Assembly: GCA_946630315.1 (NCBI GenBank)
Contig: CAMOYT010000003.1
Coordinates: forward strand, 1-62,053
Length of the DNA stretch: 62,053 nt
Source: an uncultured Bacillota bacterium
GTDB lineage: Bacteria > Bacillota_I > Bacilli_A > RF39 > UBA660
Direction: 5' to 3'
Of the stretch, positions 42,342 to 50,633 are shown piece after piece (the stretch's first letter is position 1; every line of letters begins with the position of its first letter). The position numbers were made by a program, and so were the translations under genes. The notes under the pieces are model-generated. The model searched no databases, was not told where the DNA came from, and worked only from the letters and a program-made list of their open reading frames with translations.

Positions 42342-44222
42342 TTAACTAGGAATATATAATGTACCATTACTATCATAAGCCCCTTGTACTGCAACTCCAT
42401 CTACTATAAATGTAAATGTAGGCCTATTACTAGTATTTCTAAACATGCCAGTAAAAGTAGCAGTATTAGATAAATTCCAGTCATTAATTTTACTAGCCCC
42501 ATCTGCAGTTAACTTACTAAGGCCATAGAAAGCAGCAGTATAACTTCTACCATTTTCAACATTCCAATTACGTAAACCATTTAATGTAGTTAAATTTGAA
42601 CAACCATCAAATAAACTATTAAAATTAGTAACTTTAGATACATCCCAATTATCTAAACCATCAGTACTTGTAAGTTTAGACATTTGAGCAAAAGTTTGAT
42701 TTAGACTAGTAAGACTTTTAGTATCCCAATTAGAAAGTGCTCCAAGACTAGTCACCTGTCTACATTGGAAAAACATTTGTCTCATATCCGTAACATTCGA
42801 TACATTAAAATTGCTTATTGGTGAAAGATCACTAACTAAAGTAGCTTGAAACATCTGAATCATTTCAGTAGCACTGCTTGTATTCCAATAAGCAAGAGGA
42901 GAAATATCACTCAAACTACTACAAGCCTGAAAAATACCAGAAAATCCCCTAACATTTGATACATTCCAAGTGCTTAATGGTGATATATCAGAAAGAGTTC
43001 TATTAGATACAAATAATGAATTCATATTAGTAACATTTGATACATCCCAATTATCAAATCCCTTTATTGAAGAAAGAGATGTACAACCATTAAACATTCC
43101 AAGCATATTAGTAACACTTGACACATCCCAATATTTTAAAGGTTCAGCATCAACAAGAGAAGAACACCCTTTAAAAGTTTCCCAAAGAGCAGTTACTTCT
43201 GAAGTATCCCAACTCTCTAAACCAGAAATATCAACCAAATTACTAAATCCATTAAATAATTGCCCATAACCACCAATAAGTTTAGGATTAATATTATTAG
43301 AATTCCAATAAATAGTTCCATTATCATACCACATATAAATCTTCTCAGTTGAAGAAGAATCTTGTACCTCAGTAGTAGTCACCCCATCTGTACTATCACT
43401 ATATTTAATAGCTCTAATATTAGCAGCACCACCAGCTAAGCTTATCATTTTATTATATAATGTATTTTTAGAATCAAATATCGCAACAGAAACAGGAGTA
43501 TAATCAGCTCTAATAGTAATATCTTCAGTAATATCATCAAGAACTAATCTTCCTGTATTCATATTATATCCAAGCCATAATTTATTATTGACATAAATCT
43601 TAGTAGGTTTCTCTCCTTGTAAATAGAAAGAAACACTACCATGATCTGCAACAGAAGTAGGATAACCATATAAAGAAGCAGGAATAGAACTATCATATGT
43701 AATAGTATGTGCCCCAACAGTATCTACAAATTTAAATTTAACATAAGAATTTAATTCATTATTATTTATAGCAGTTAATCCATCTTTATACTTAAAAGTA
43801 ACAGTAGCACTAATCTCCTCACCAGGATTAATAGAATCTCCCACATTTAATCCATCAAGAGCAATTACAATATCATCATTATCATAAAAACTATTATCAT
43901 AAGTTATCCCATCATAATAAGTAACAGCTGAAGTCATATTTTTAAATTTAATTTGATAAGTAAGAGATGATGACAACTCATCACCAAGTATAGTCTTAGT
44001 AGATAATAAAGTTTGATAATAAGTAATAATCTTAGAATTTGTTATATCAGCTCCAACATCAGATTGATATTTTATAGAACTAATGACAACACCAGATTGT
44101 TTTAAAGCAAGCGCATTTCCTGAAACAGATAAATCAACTCCAGAAATTTGTGCATATCCAACACCAAGTAAGCAAGTGAAACAGCAAATCAAAATCATAA
44201 AAAATAAACATTTATTCTTCAC
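42342..44222 (-). CDS. BspA-family / DUF285-type leucine-rich-repeat surface protein
   Basis: GTG start after AAGGAAGTGA. Signal peptide (CLFFMILICCFTCLLGVGYA). The C-terminal half holds about ten ~25-aa repeats of the form WDVSxVTxMxxMFxxCxSLxxL (e.g. WDVSNVTNMNSLF, WNVSNVRGFSGIF, WDTSEVTALWETF). Confidence 0.85.
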   Translation of the reverse strand: MKNKCLFFMILICCFTCLLGVGYAQISGVDLSVSGNALALKQSGVVISSIKYQSDVGADITNSKIITYYQTLLSTKTILGDELSSSLTYQIKFKNMTSAVTYYDGITYDNSFYDNDDIVIALDGLNVGDSINPGEEISATVTFKYKDGLTAINNNELNSYVKFKFVDTVGAHTITYDSSIPASLYGYPTSVADHGSVSFYLQGEKPTKIYVNNKLWLGYNMNTGRLVLDDITEDITIRADYTPVSVAIFDSKNTLYNKMISLAGGAANIRAIKYSDSTDGVTTTEVQDSSSTEKIYMWYDNGTIYWNSNNINPKLIGGYGQLFNGFSNLVDISGLESWDTSEVTALWETFKGCSSLVDAEPLKYWDVSSVTNMLGMFNGCTSLSSIKGFDNWDVSNVTNMNSLFVSNRTLSDISPLSTWNVSNVRGFSGIFQACSSLSDISPLAYWNTSSATEMIQMFQATLVSDLSPISNFNVSNVTDMRQMFFQCRQVTSLGALSNWDTKSLTSLNQTFAQMSKLTSTDGLDNWDVSKVTNFNSLFDGCSNLTTLNGLRNWNVENGRSYTAAFYGLSKLTADGASKINDWNLSNTATFTGMFRNTSNRPTFTFIVDGVAVQGAYDSNGTLYIPS

Positions 44223-44261
44223 TTAAATCACTTCCTTATTATCTACATAATATCATATAAA

Positions 44262-44290
44262 TTAAAAAAAAACTAACTAATGTTAGTTAT
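44262..44290 (-). terminator. intrinsic terminator after tRNA-Thr
   Basis: Minus strand: AACTAAC-ATTA-GTTAGTT hairpin followed by T9. Confidence 0.65.
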
Positions 44291-44297
44291 TTTTATA

Positions 44298-44373
<76 letters not shown>

Positions 44374-44403
44374 ATAAATAAATGACATAATACTTATATC
44401 ATA

Positions 44404-46296
44404 TCACTTATTCATTTGTAAACTATATTCTTTCATTTCATCTAAAATTTGATCTCTTTCAATCTCTATTTCACTTAATTCACGAGTATCTTCATCAACT
44501 ATTCCACTACGCATTTTCTTTCTAGTTTCACCCAATTTAAATATATTAGAAAATTTAGAATTGTATTTAGCAAGCAAATCATTTAATTTATCAAAGTTTT
44601 CTCTTCCTACTACATTAAATATAGCTTCTATATTTCCATTCTTTCTACTTTCTAAAATAGCCTCTTTATATGTAACAAAGAATTCTTCAACAATTGGCCT
44701 CATTAACTCATAAGAAGTACCGCCTCTAACTTTACCAAAACTATCTGAATTAAATAAATAGACATTATTCTTATGCATTAATTCAGTAATTTCTTGAGCA
44801 ATTAATTCATTAATTATTTCATTAAATAATTCATATCCTCTCTTAGTATTATCTTCTTCCAAAGAATTATCTATCTCTTCTTCACTATCTTGAACTAAAT
44901 AATCCCATCCACATAAGAAAGTAATTTTATTTTTATCAATGCTTTCTAATGATAATTCATATCTATGATTAAACTCATGTATTATAACATCATCCATATA
45001 CTCATCTAAAGCACTCATAGATACAAATAACATCGGATATATTTGTTCCTTGCCATCAACAACTCTATAATCGGGACATACACAAGCCTGAGTATTTTTG
45101 AGTAAACTAGCTGAATAATAATTAGCTCCACACACTAGTTGTAAATCTCTTAATTCTTTTAAATGATCTTGATACTCATTATCACATAGTAATTGTATTT
45201 CTATTTTCTCTTTTCCCTTTTCAAAATCATCTTTCATAGAATCAATAATTTCTTGAGGAGGTAACAATTTAAAACACTCTTCATAAAGAGAATAATCATT
45301 ACCATAATCATATCCTAATCTATTAAAGAATCTAATCCTATCATCTTTAATGCTATCTTTTCTCCATTGAGCTGCATCAGACTCTAATAATTCATTACTT
45401 TCACTAGTAAAAGCAAATATTCCATCACTTTTAAAATAATAATCAAACAGCTTATCAAAAGAAGCATTTTTTTCTCTAGTGTACATAGAAGGATCTACAT
45501 AATCAGCATACTTCTCATATAATTCTTCTAATAATTTACTATATAGTTTATCATTTTCATCTTTTTTATCAATAAGCCTTTGTTCCATCTTTTCTAACTT
45601 TTTTACGAACAAATCAAATTCTTTTTTCTTAGATTCATATACTTCAATAATCTTTTCAAACTTCTCATTCATTATAAAATTATTCAAGCTATTTTCAGGT
45701 ACTAAAGGATACATTTGATTTACTACTTCTAATGCATTTTTTTTAGCAATTCTATATTCATAAGTCTCTTCCCCATCAAAATATTCACTTATTCTATCAA
45801 AAATATACTTATTAGTTTGTTCAAACTCTTTAAAGCCCTCACTATTAATAAAATCAAGATAATTATCCATATTAATATTAGGATTGATTCTTTGAAGAAA
45901 CGAAACTCCCTCTTCTATCTTAGCCTGAATTCTTCCCTCTTTACCTAGTTTTTCTAATTCTATATATCGTTTTATCTTTTCTATTCCAAATAAAGAATTA
46001 AATTCAATAGATGTTTCATTATTCTCAAATAATGCTTTTCTCTCTTCATAACTAATATCTAATTCATGTTCTAAATCAAGCAATAAATATTTGCTAATCT
46101 CATTCTTAATTTGTATTAATAAAGTTCTCAACTTATCATCGCTAAGAAAAGTAACATAAGCAGTCTCACTAAACTTCTTCTCTATTTCATCTCTATTCTC
46201 TTCTCCATAGTAACTTACAAAAGCTTCTATTATTTTAGGTAAAGCTTCATTAAATGTTCTTTCATGATTAATTAATTTTAAATAAAACTCAAGCAT
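44404..46296 (-). CDS. hypothetical cytoplasmic protein (630 aa) with HExxH motif
   Basis: No signal or TM, helical and Glu/Lys-rich. A single zinc-metalloprotease-type motif VIIHEFNHRYE occurs in the C-terminal third. No family recognised. Confidence 0.7.
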   Translation of the reverse strand: MLEFYLKLINHERTFNEALPKIIEAFVSYYGEENRDEIEKKFSETAYVTFLSDDKLRTLLIQIKNEISKYLLLDLEHELDISYEERKALFENNETSIEFNSLFGIEKIKRYIELEKLGKEGRIQAKIEEGVSFLQRINPNINMDNYLDFINSEGFKEFEQTNKYIFDRISEYFDGEETYEYRIAKKNALEVVNQMYPLVPENSLNNFIMNEKFEKIIEVYESKKKEFDLFVKKLEKMEQRLIDKKDENDKLYSKLLEELYEKYADYVDPSMYTREKNASFDKLFDYYFKSDGIFAFTSESNELLESDAAQWRKDSIKDDRIRFFNRLGYDYGNDYSLYEECFKLLPPQEIIDSMKDDFEKGKEKIEIQLLCDNEYQDHLKELRDLQLVCGANYYSASLLKNTQACVCPDYRVVDGKEQIYPMLFVSMSALDEYMDDVIIHEFNHRYELSLESIDKNKITFLCGWDYLVQDSEEEIDNSLEEDNTKRGYELFNEIINELIAQEITELMHKNNVYLFNSDSFGKVRGGTSYELMRPIVEEFFVTYKEAILESRKNGNIEAIFNVVGRENFDKLNDLLAKYNSKFSNIFKLGETRKKMRSGIVDEDTRELSEIEIERDQILDEMKEYSLQMNK

Positions 46297-46555
46297 ATAT
46301 TCTTATCCAATCCAATAATTCTTTATAATTATTAGGATATACTCCTTTTCCATGAATAATATCTCCATCTACATTAATATAAAATTCATCTTGATCTAAC
46401 TTATTAGAATTACCATATTCATTCTTCCATAGACGAATAATTCTAAATAATTCATTAATAACATCCTGATTTATTTCTTTTTCATTATTAATCATGTTAT
46501 TTTCAATAACTAAAGAAGCACTATTAATACCTTTAATTTCAATAATTATCTTCAT
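46289..46555 (-). CDS. small hypothetical protein (88 aa), coupled to the HExxH protein gene
   Basis: Start moved to the ATG (MKIIIEIKG) after AGGTGA. The 3' end overlaps the next start by 8 nt. Confidence 0.6.
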   Translation of the reverse strand: MKIIIEIKGINSASLVIENNMINNEKEINQDVINELFRIIRLWKNEYGNSNKLDQDEFYINVDGDIIHGKGVYPNNYKELLDWIRIYA

Positions 46556-46630
46556 ACACTTCACCTATTTTAATTTTATCAAATAAATCTTACTTTTTCT
46601 ATTATTTATGATATAATATTTACATAACTT

Positions 46631-46717
46631 GCCTCTATGGCGGAATTGGTAGACGCGGCAGACTCAAAATCTGCTTCTAGCAATAGAGTTCCGGTTCAAG
46701 TCCGGATAGAGGCACCA
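46631..46717 (+). tRNA. tRNA-Leu (anticodon CAA), long variable arm, CCA encoded
   Basis: Acceptor GCCTCTA/TAGAGGC, anticodon stem GCAGA/TCTGC with loop CTCAAAA, long variable arm, T stem TCCGG/CCGGA. An extended -10 TGATATAAT sits at 46609-46617 just upstream. Confidence 0.9.
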
Positions 46718-46726
46718 TATAAAAGC

Positions 46727-46753
46727 AAAAAGAGAATTACTTCTCTTTTTTTT
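46727..46753. terminator. bidirectional intrinsic terminator (tRNA-Leu / 389-aa gene)
   Basis: AAAGAGAA-TTAC-TTCTCTTT hairpin followed by T7, flanked by an A-run on the other side. Confidence 0.7.
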
Positions 46754-47921
46754 ATTTGAAATATTTCTTAAATTCTAAATCATTAGAAACATACTTCTTT
46801 ACAGAATTAGAATCATAAAAATATATATTACATTTATCATTCTTAACTCTACATAAATAATAAATATTATTCTTAGATCTATATCTATAAATATTATTAC
46901 CTAGTTTAAATTCATAATAATCATCTAATAATCTAATATTTAATTTGTATGTATGTTTCTCTTTATTGATAATTTCTACTCCAGTATCTACATTAAGACT
47001 AATATTACTATTATCACTACCATAATAATCTTTATTAAAAGCAAAACTAGGAACTAAAAACCATATAAATGTAATAATACTAAGTATAAATAATAATAAT
47101 TTAGAAATTATTTCTAATTTAATATTCTCTTTAAACAAATTCACACTAATAAATGGAATAGATATTAAATATAATAATACTAAAAATATTAAACTAATTT
47201 GACTACGACATATTATAAAACTAAAACACATAATAATTAAAGAAATACCAATCAATAAGTAATTAGCAAACTTATATTTTTCTCTAATATTAATAGCATA
47301 ATACATCATCAATTCCTTATAACTATTAATATTATTTTCTTTTAGTAATTCTACTGATTCTTTTCTCTCTTTTAAATATCTACTTCTATTTTTATTCTTA
47401 TATATTAATTTAACTTTCTTATCATTAAATCCACTATAATAATATTTCTTCTTTAGCATATAATCATAAGAAATAATAATCATCTTACTAATCTCATTCT
47501 TTTCAACAACTGGTGCTACATTAAATATCATCTTAAAAGCATATATAACTTTTTCTAACTTATTATAGAAATCATCAACATCATCCTTATTAAATGGATT
47601 ATTATCATATAAACTAATTGCAAAATCTCTTAAATCAACTACTGCAAAAAAAGCTTCAGTAACATACTTAGTTAACTCTTCGTCACTACTACATTTAGGA
47701 GCAACTTCAAGTAATATATTTATAACTCCTTCAATATTAAAATCATCATATGTTGTCTCATAAGTTTTAAGTATACAATATCTAAATCTAGCTTCCATAT
47801 TATCTTTATCTATTTTTAATATTTCCTCATACTTTTCTATTGCTTCCTTATTTTTATTCTTTCTATATAAATCATAAGCATCTTCTAATAATTCTTTTAT
47901 TTTTTTATCACTTTTAAGCAT
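46752..47921 (-). CDS. TPR-like N-terminal domain protein with C-terminal TM segments (389 aa)
   Basis: AIEKYEEILKIDKDNMEARFRYCILK is a TPR-like helix pair. Three to four hydrophobic helices occur around residues 215-295, followed by a beta-rich tail. Confidence 0.65.
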   Translation of the reverse strand: MLKSDKKIKELLEDAYDLYRKNKNKEAIEKYEEILKIDKDNMEARFRYCILKTYETTYDDFNIEGVINILLEVAPKCSSDEELTKYVTEAFFAVVDLRDFAISLYDNNPFNKDDVDDFYNKLEKVIYAFKMIFNVAPVVEKNEISKMIIISYDYMLKKKYYYSGFNDKKVKLIYKNKNRSRYLKERKESVELLKENNINSYKELMMYYAINIREKYKFANYLLIGISLIIMCFSFIICRSQISLIFLVLLYLISIPFISVNLFKENIKLEIISKLLLFILSIITFIWFLVPSFAFNKDYYGSDNSNISLNVDTGVEIINKEKHTYKLNIRLLDDYYEFKLGNNIYRYRSKNNIYYLCRVKNDKCNIYFYDSNSVKKYVSNDLEFKKYFK

Positions 47922-47949
47922 ACCATCACATCCATAGTTCTTATTATAT

Positions 47950-47972
47950 AAAAAAAGTAGAGAAATCTCTAC
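47950..47972 (-). terminator. intrinsic terminator after the scpAB-containing unit
   Basis: Minus strand: GTAGAG-ATTT-CTCTAC hairpin overlapping the stop, followed by T7. Confidence 0.6.
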
Positions 47973-48508
47973 TATTTAATCTTACTTCTATCAATTACTA
48001 CTAAATCTTTTTTATGCTTTTTAATATTTTCAATTATCTCATCACTAACATCGTTATTAACATATAATGAGAAAGCAAAATCAGAAAAGAATACTGTATT
48101 AAATCTACCCTTTACTACTAAAGATAATTGATCCCAAGTAAATCCACAAATATAACCATAATCACTAACATCAATTAATCCTTCTTCATCAACTATAACA
48201 GTACCATATCTATTATTTCTCAATTTTAAAAATCTAATAAAGAACAATAAATACATAATAAGTATAGCAATCGTAATAGATAATGAAAGTATTAAAAAGA
48301 ATAATACTACTATATCAAATCTATTATAAAAACATAAATCAAATATAAATAATATACCTAATATTACTAAATCTATATATAATATTCTATTCCAATCAAA
48401 ATAATTTGCTTTATGATTTTCTAATAATTTATCTCTAGAAGATAATATATTTCTAAGTTCCATATAATCTCTAAAATTATGGAATTTTATTTTATAATTA
48501 GTCTTCAT
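47972..48508 (-). CDS. two-TM membrane protein, possibly YcxB-like
   Basis: Two adjacent TM helices (ILYIDLVILGILFIF, VVLFFLILSLSITIAILIMYLLFF) then a ~90-aa soluble domain. The family call is tentative. Confidence 0.55.
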   Translation of the reverse strand: MKTNYKIKFHNFRDYMELRNILSSRDKLLENHKANYFDWNRILYIDLVILGILFIFDLCFYNRFDIVVLFFLILSLSITIAILIMYLLFFIRFLKLRNNRYGTVIVDEEGLIDVSDYGYICGFTWDQLSLVVKGRFNTVFFSDFAFSLYVNNDVSDEIIENIKKHKKDLVVIDRSKIK

Positions 48509-48567
48509 ACTACCAACTCCTCTATTCTAAAATAATTATAACATTATTTTAAAATAAGTCTATATTT

Positions 48568-49122
48568 TTATTCTTCATATTTTGAATTATATAAATCCTT
48601 TTCTAAATCCTCTTCTTCCTGTATAACTTCCATCTTTGGTAAATCATCTATTTTAGCTAAACCAAAATAATCTAAAAATTCAGAAGTAGTTTTATAAAGG
48701 ATTGGTCTTCCTGCCATTTCACTTCTACCAGCTTCTTTTATGAAACCTTTCGCAACTAGTTTTCGAACTATTTGGACACTTCCAACACCACGTATTTTAT
48801 CTATTTCTACTCTTGTTATTGGTTCATTATAAGCAATGATTGCTAGAACCTCTAAGGCTGCTTGACTTAAAGTATTAGTTAAGGGATTCTCTATTAATTT
48901 TTGATAATATTCACGATGTTCATATTTAGTAGTTAATTTAAATCTATTACCTAAAAAATCAACTCTAAGTCCCCTATCTTCTTTTTGATAATCTTCTTTA
49001 AGTTCTAATATTAGTTGCTTAGCTTCTTCTAAATCTATATCTAAAACATCTTCTATTTGTTCAAAAGAAAGTCCATCTTCTCCTACTACAAATAAAAGAC
49101 CTTCTAATACTGCTTTCTTCAT
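48568..49122 (-). CDS. scpB: segregation and condensation protein B
   Basis: MKKAVLEGLLFVVGEDGLS..., LSQAALEVLAIIAYNEPITRVEIDKIRGV and GRPILYKTTSEFLDYFGL are hallmark ScpB winged-helix motifs. Start moved to the ATG adjacent to the scpA stop. Confidence 0.92.
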   Translation of the reverse strand: MKKAVLEGLLFVVGEDGLSFEQIEDVLDIDLEEAKQLILELKEDYQKEDRGLRVDFLGNRFKLTTKYEHREYYQKLIENPLTNTLSQAALEVLAIIAYNEPITRVEIDKIRGVGSVQIVRKLVAKGFIKEAGRSEMAGRPILYKTTSEFLDYFGLAKIDDLPKMEVIQEEEDLEKDLYNSKYEE

Positions 49123-49123
49123 C

Positions 49124-49837
49124 CTACACCGCCTCAACTATTATCTCAGAAAAAGTATCTTCTTGTACTATTTTTATTTCTCTATTTTTAGCCATTTCAA
49201 GTACCGCTAAAAAAGTAGCCACTACATACTCTTTAGTAACTATTGGAAATAATTCAAAAAAACTAACTTTCTTCTTTTTACTAAGTATTTTCTTAATATC
49301 ATGACGTCTAGACACAATACTAATCTCTTTAACTGTAACTTTAGTTTTTAATGGTTTATTCTCTTTTTGTCTTTCTAAATACTTCTTAAAAGCATCTACC
49401 AAATCATCTAAAGTAACATCAGATACTATACCATGAACTTCATCCATATATTGATCAACATTTTCTGGAGTCTTAGTAAATATCTCACTTCTTTTTTCTT
49501 CATTTTCTTTTAATACTTTAGTTATCTCTTTATATGCTTGATACTCAAGTAAACGATTAACTAATTCATCTCTTGGATCAACTTCTTCTTCCTCTTCTTC
49601 CATTTTTTCTCTAGGAAGTAACATACGAGATTTAATTTCTAATAATTCAGAAGCAAGTACTAAATATTCAGAAGCTACTTCTAAATTCATAGACTCCTGT
49701 TTATTTAAATATTCAACATATTGATTAGTAATTGACTCTATCTCAATATTCATAATATCCATTTTAGATTCTTTAATTAAATGCAATAATAAATCTAATG
49801 GACCTTCAAAATCATTTATTACAAATTCAACATTCAT
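49124..49837 (-). CDS. scpA: segregation and condensation protein A (kleisin)
   Basis: FEGPLDLLLHLIKESKMDIMNIEIESITNQY and VATFLAVLEMAKNREIKIVQ are canonical ScpA N- and C-terminal motifs. Start at the ATG after GGAGTGA. Confidence 0.92.
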   Translation of the reverse strand: MNVEFVINDFEGPLDLLLHLIKESKMDIMNIEIESITNQYVEYLNKQESMNLEVASEYLVLASELLEIKSRMLLPREKMEEEEEEVDPRDELVNRLLEYQAYKEITKVLKENEEKRSEIFTKTPENVDQYMDEVHGIVSDVTLDDLVDAFKKYLERQKENKPLKTKVTVKEISIVSRRHDIKKILSKKKKVSFFELFPIVTKEYVVATFLAVLEMAKNREIKIVQEDTFSEIIVEAV

Positions 49838-49925
49838 ATACTTCACTCCGAACTATTTAAAGTATAACATGATAAAACAATTTAGTAAATCAACATAATA
49901 AAAAGAGAAAAATGAATTTCTCTTT

Positions 49926-50615
49926 TTAACTATTTAATAACTTTATATCTTTTATATCCTTTGTATAATACTCATTGCTATTATTTTTATAAATAACTAA
50001 AGATAAATATCCATATGGATTAATATAAATCTTTCTATTATAATCATTAATACTTCCTGTTAATCCATTGGCCTCAAGTGCTAAATCATAAATAATTTTC
50101 ATATCTTTATCAGTTACTTCAAAAGCTTCTAAAGTCTCCTTATAAGTAAGCATTTTATTATTTTTCTTTGAGAATATGAAAGTAACTGGATCAGATTTTT
50201 TACTATTTCCATTACAAATATTATTATTATTAATAACATAATACATAGAAATAAAACCTTCACCATCAAAAACTAATGGCTCTATATCAGTATGTTCACT
50301 AACAGAGTATCCTTTACTACTACATTCCGAAGAATTCTTATCACTCTTGTAACCATCTTCTATTAGTTTATTTAATTCTGTTATCTTTTTCTGTAATTGC
50401 TCATTATTATAATTATTACTGTACTTTCTATATTCTAATGAAATCTTAGATTTACATTTATCATTTTCACATAATTTTATTGAATGACTCAAACTACTTT
50501 CCCATCTAGTATTAGTATTAATAGTAGTAGTCTTATTATTGAATAAAAATATTATGGCAAATCCAACTACAATAAAAGCAAATGCTAATAAAAGCAAAAT
50601 AATTATTTTTTTCAT
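49926..50615 (-). CDS. N-terminally anchored hypothetical protein (229 aa)
   Basis: MKKIIILLLLAFAFIVVGFAIIFLF anchor plus a mixed alpha/beta ectodomain. No confident family call. Confidence 0.65.
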   Translation of the reverse strand: MKKIIILLLLAFAFIVVGFAIIFLFNNKTTTINTNTRWESSLSHSIKLCENDKCKSKISLEYRKYSNNYNNEQLQKKITELNKLIEDGYKSDKNSSECSSKGYSVSEHTDIEPLVFDGEGFISMYYVINNNNICNGNSKKSDPVTFIFSKKNNKMLTYKETLEAFEVTDKDMKIIYDLALEANGLTGSINDYNRKIYINPYGYLSLVIYKNNSNEYYTKDIKDIKLLNS

Positions 50616-50633
50616 AATTCATTACCTCAACTT

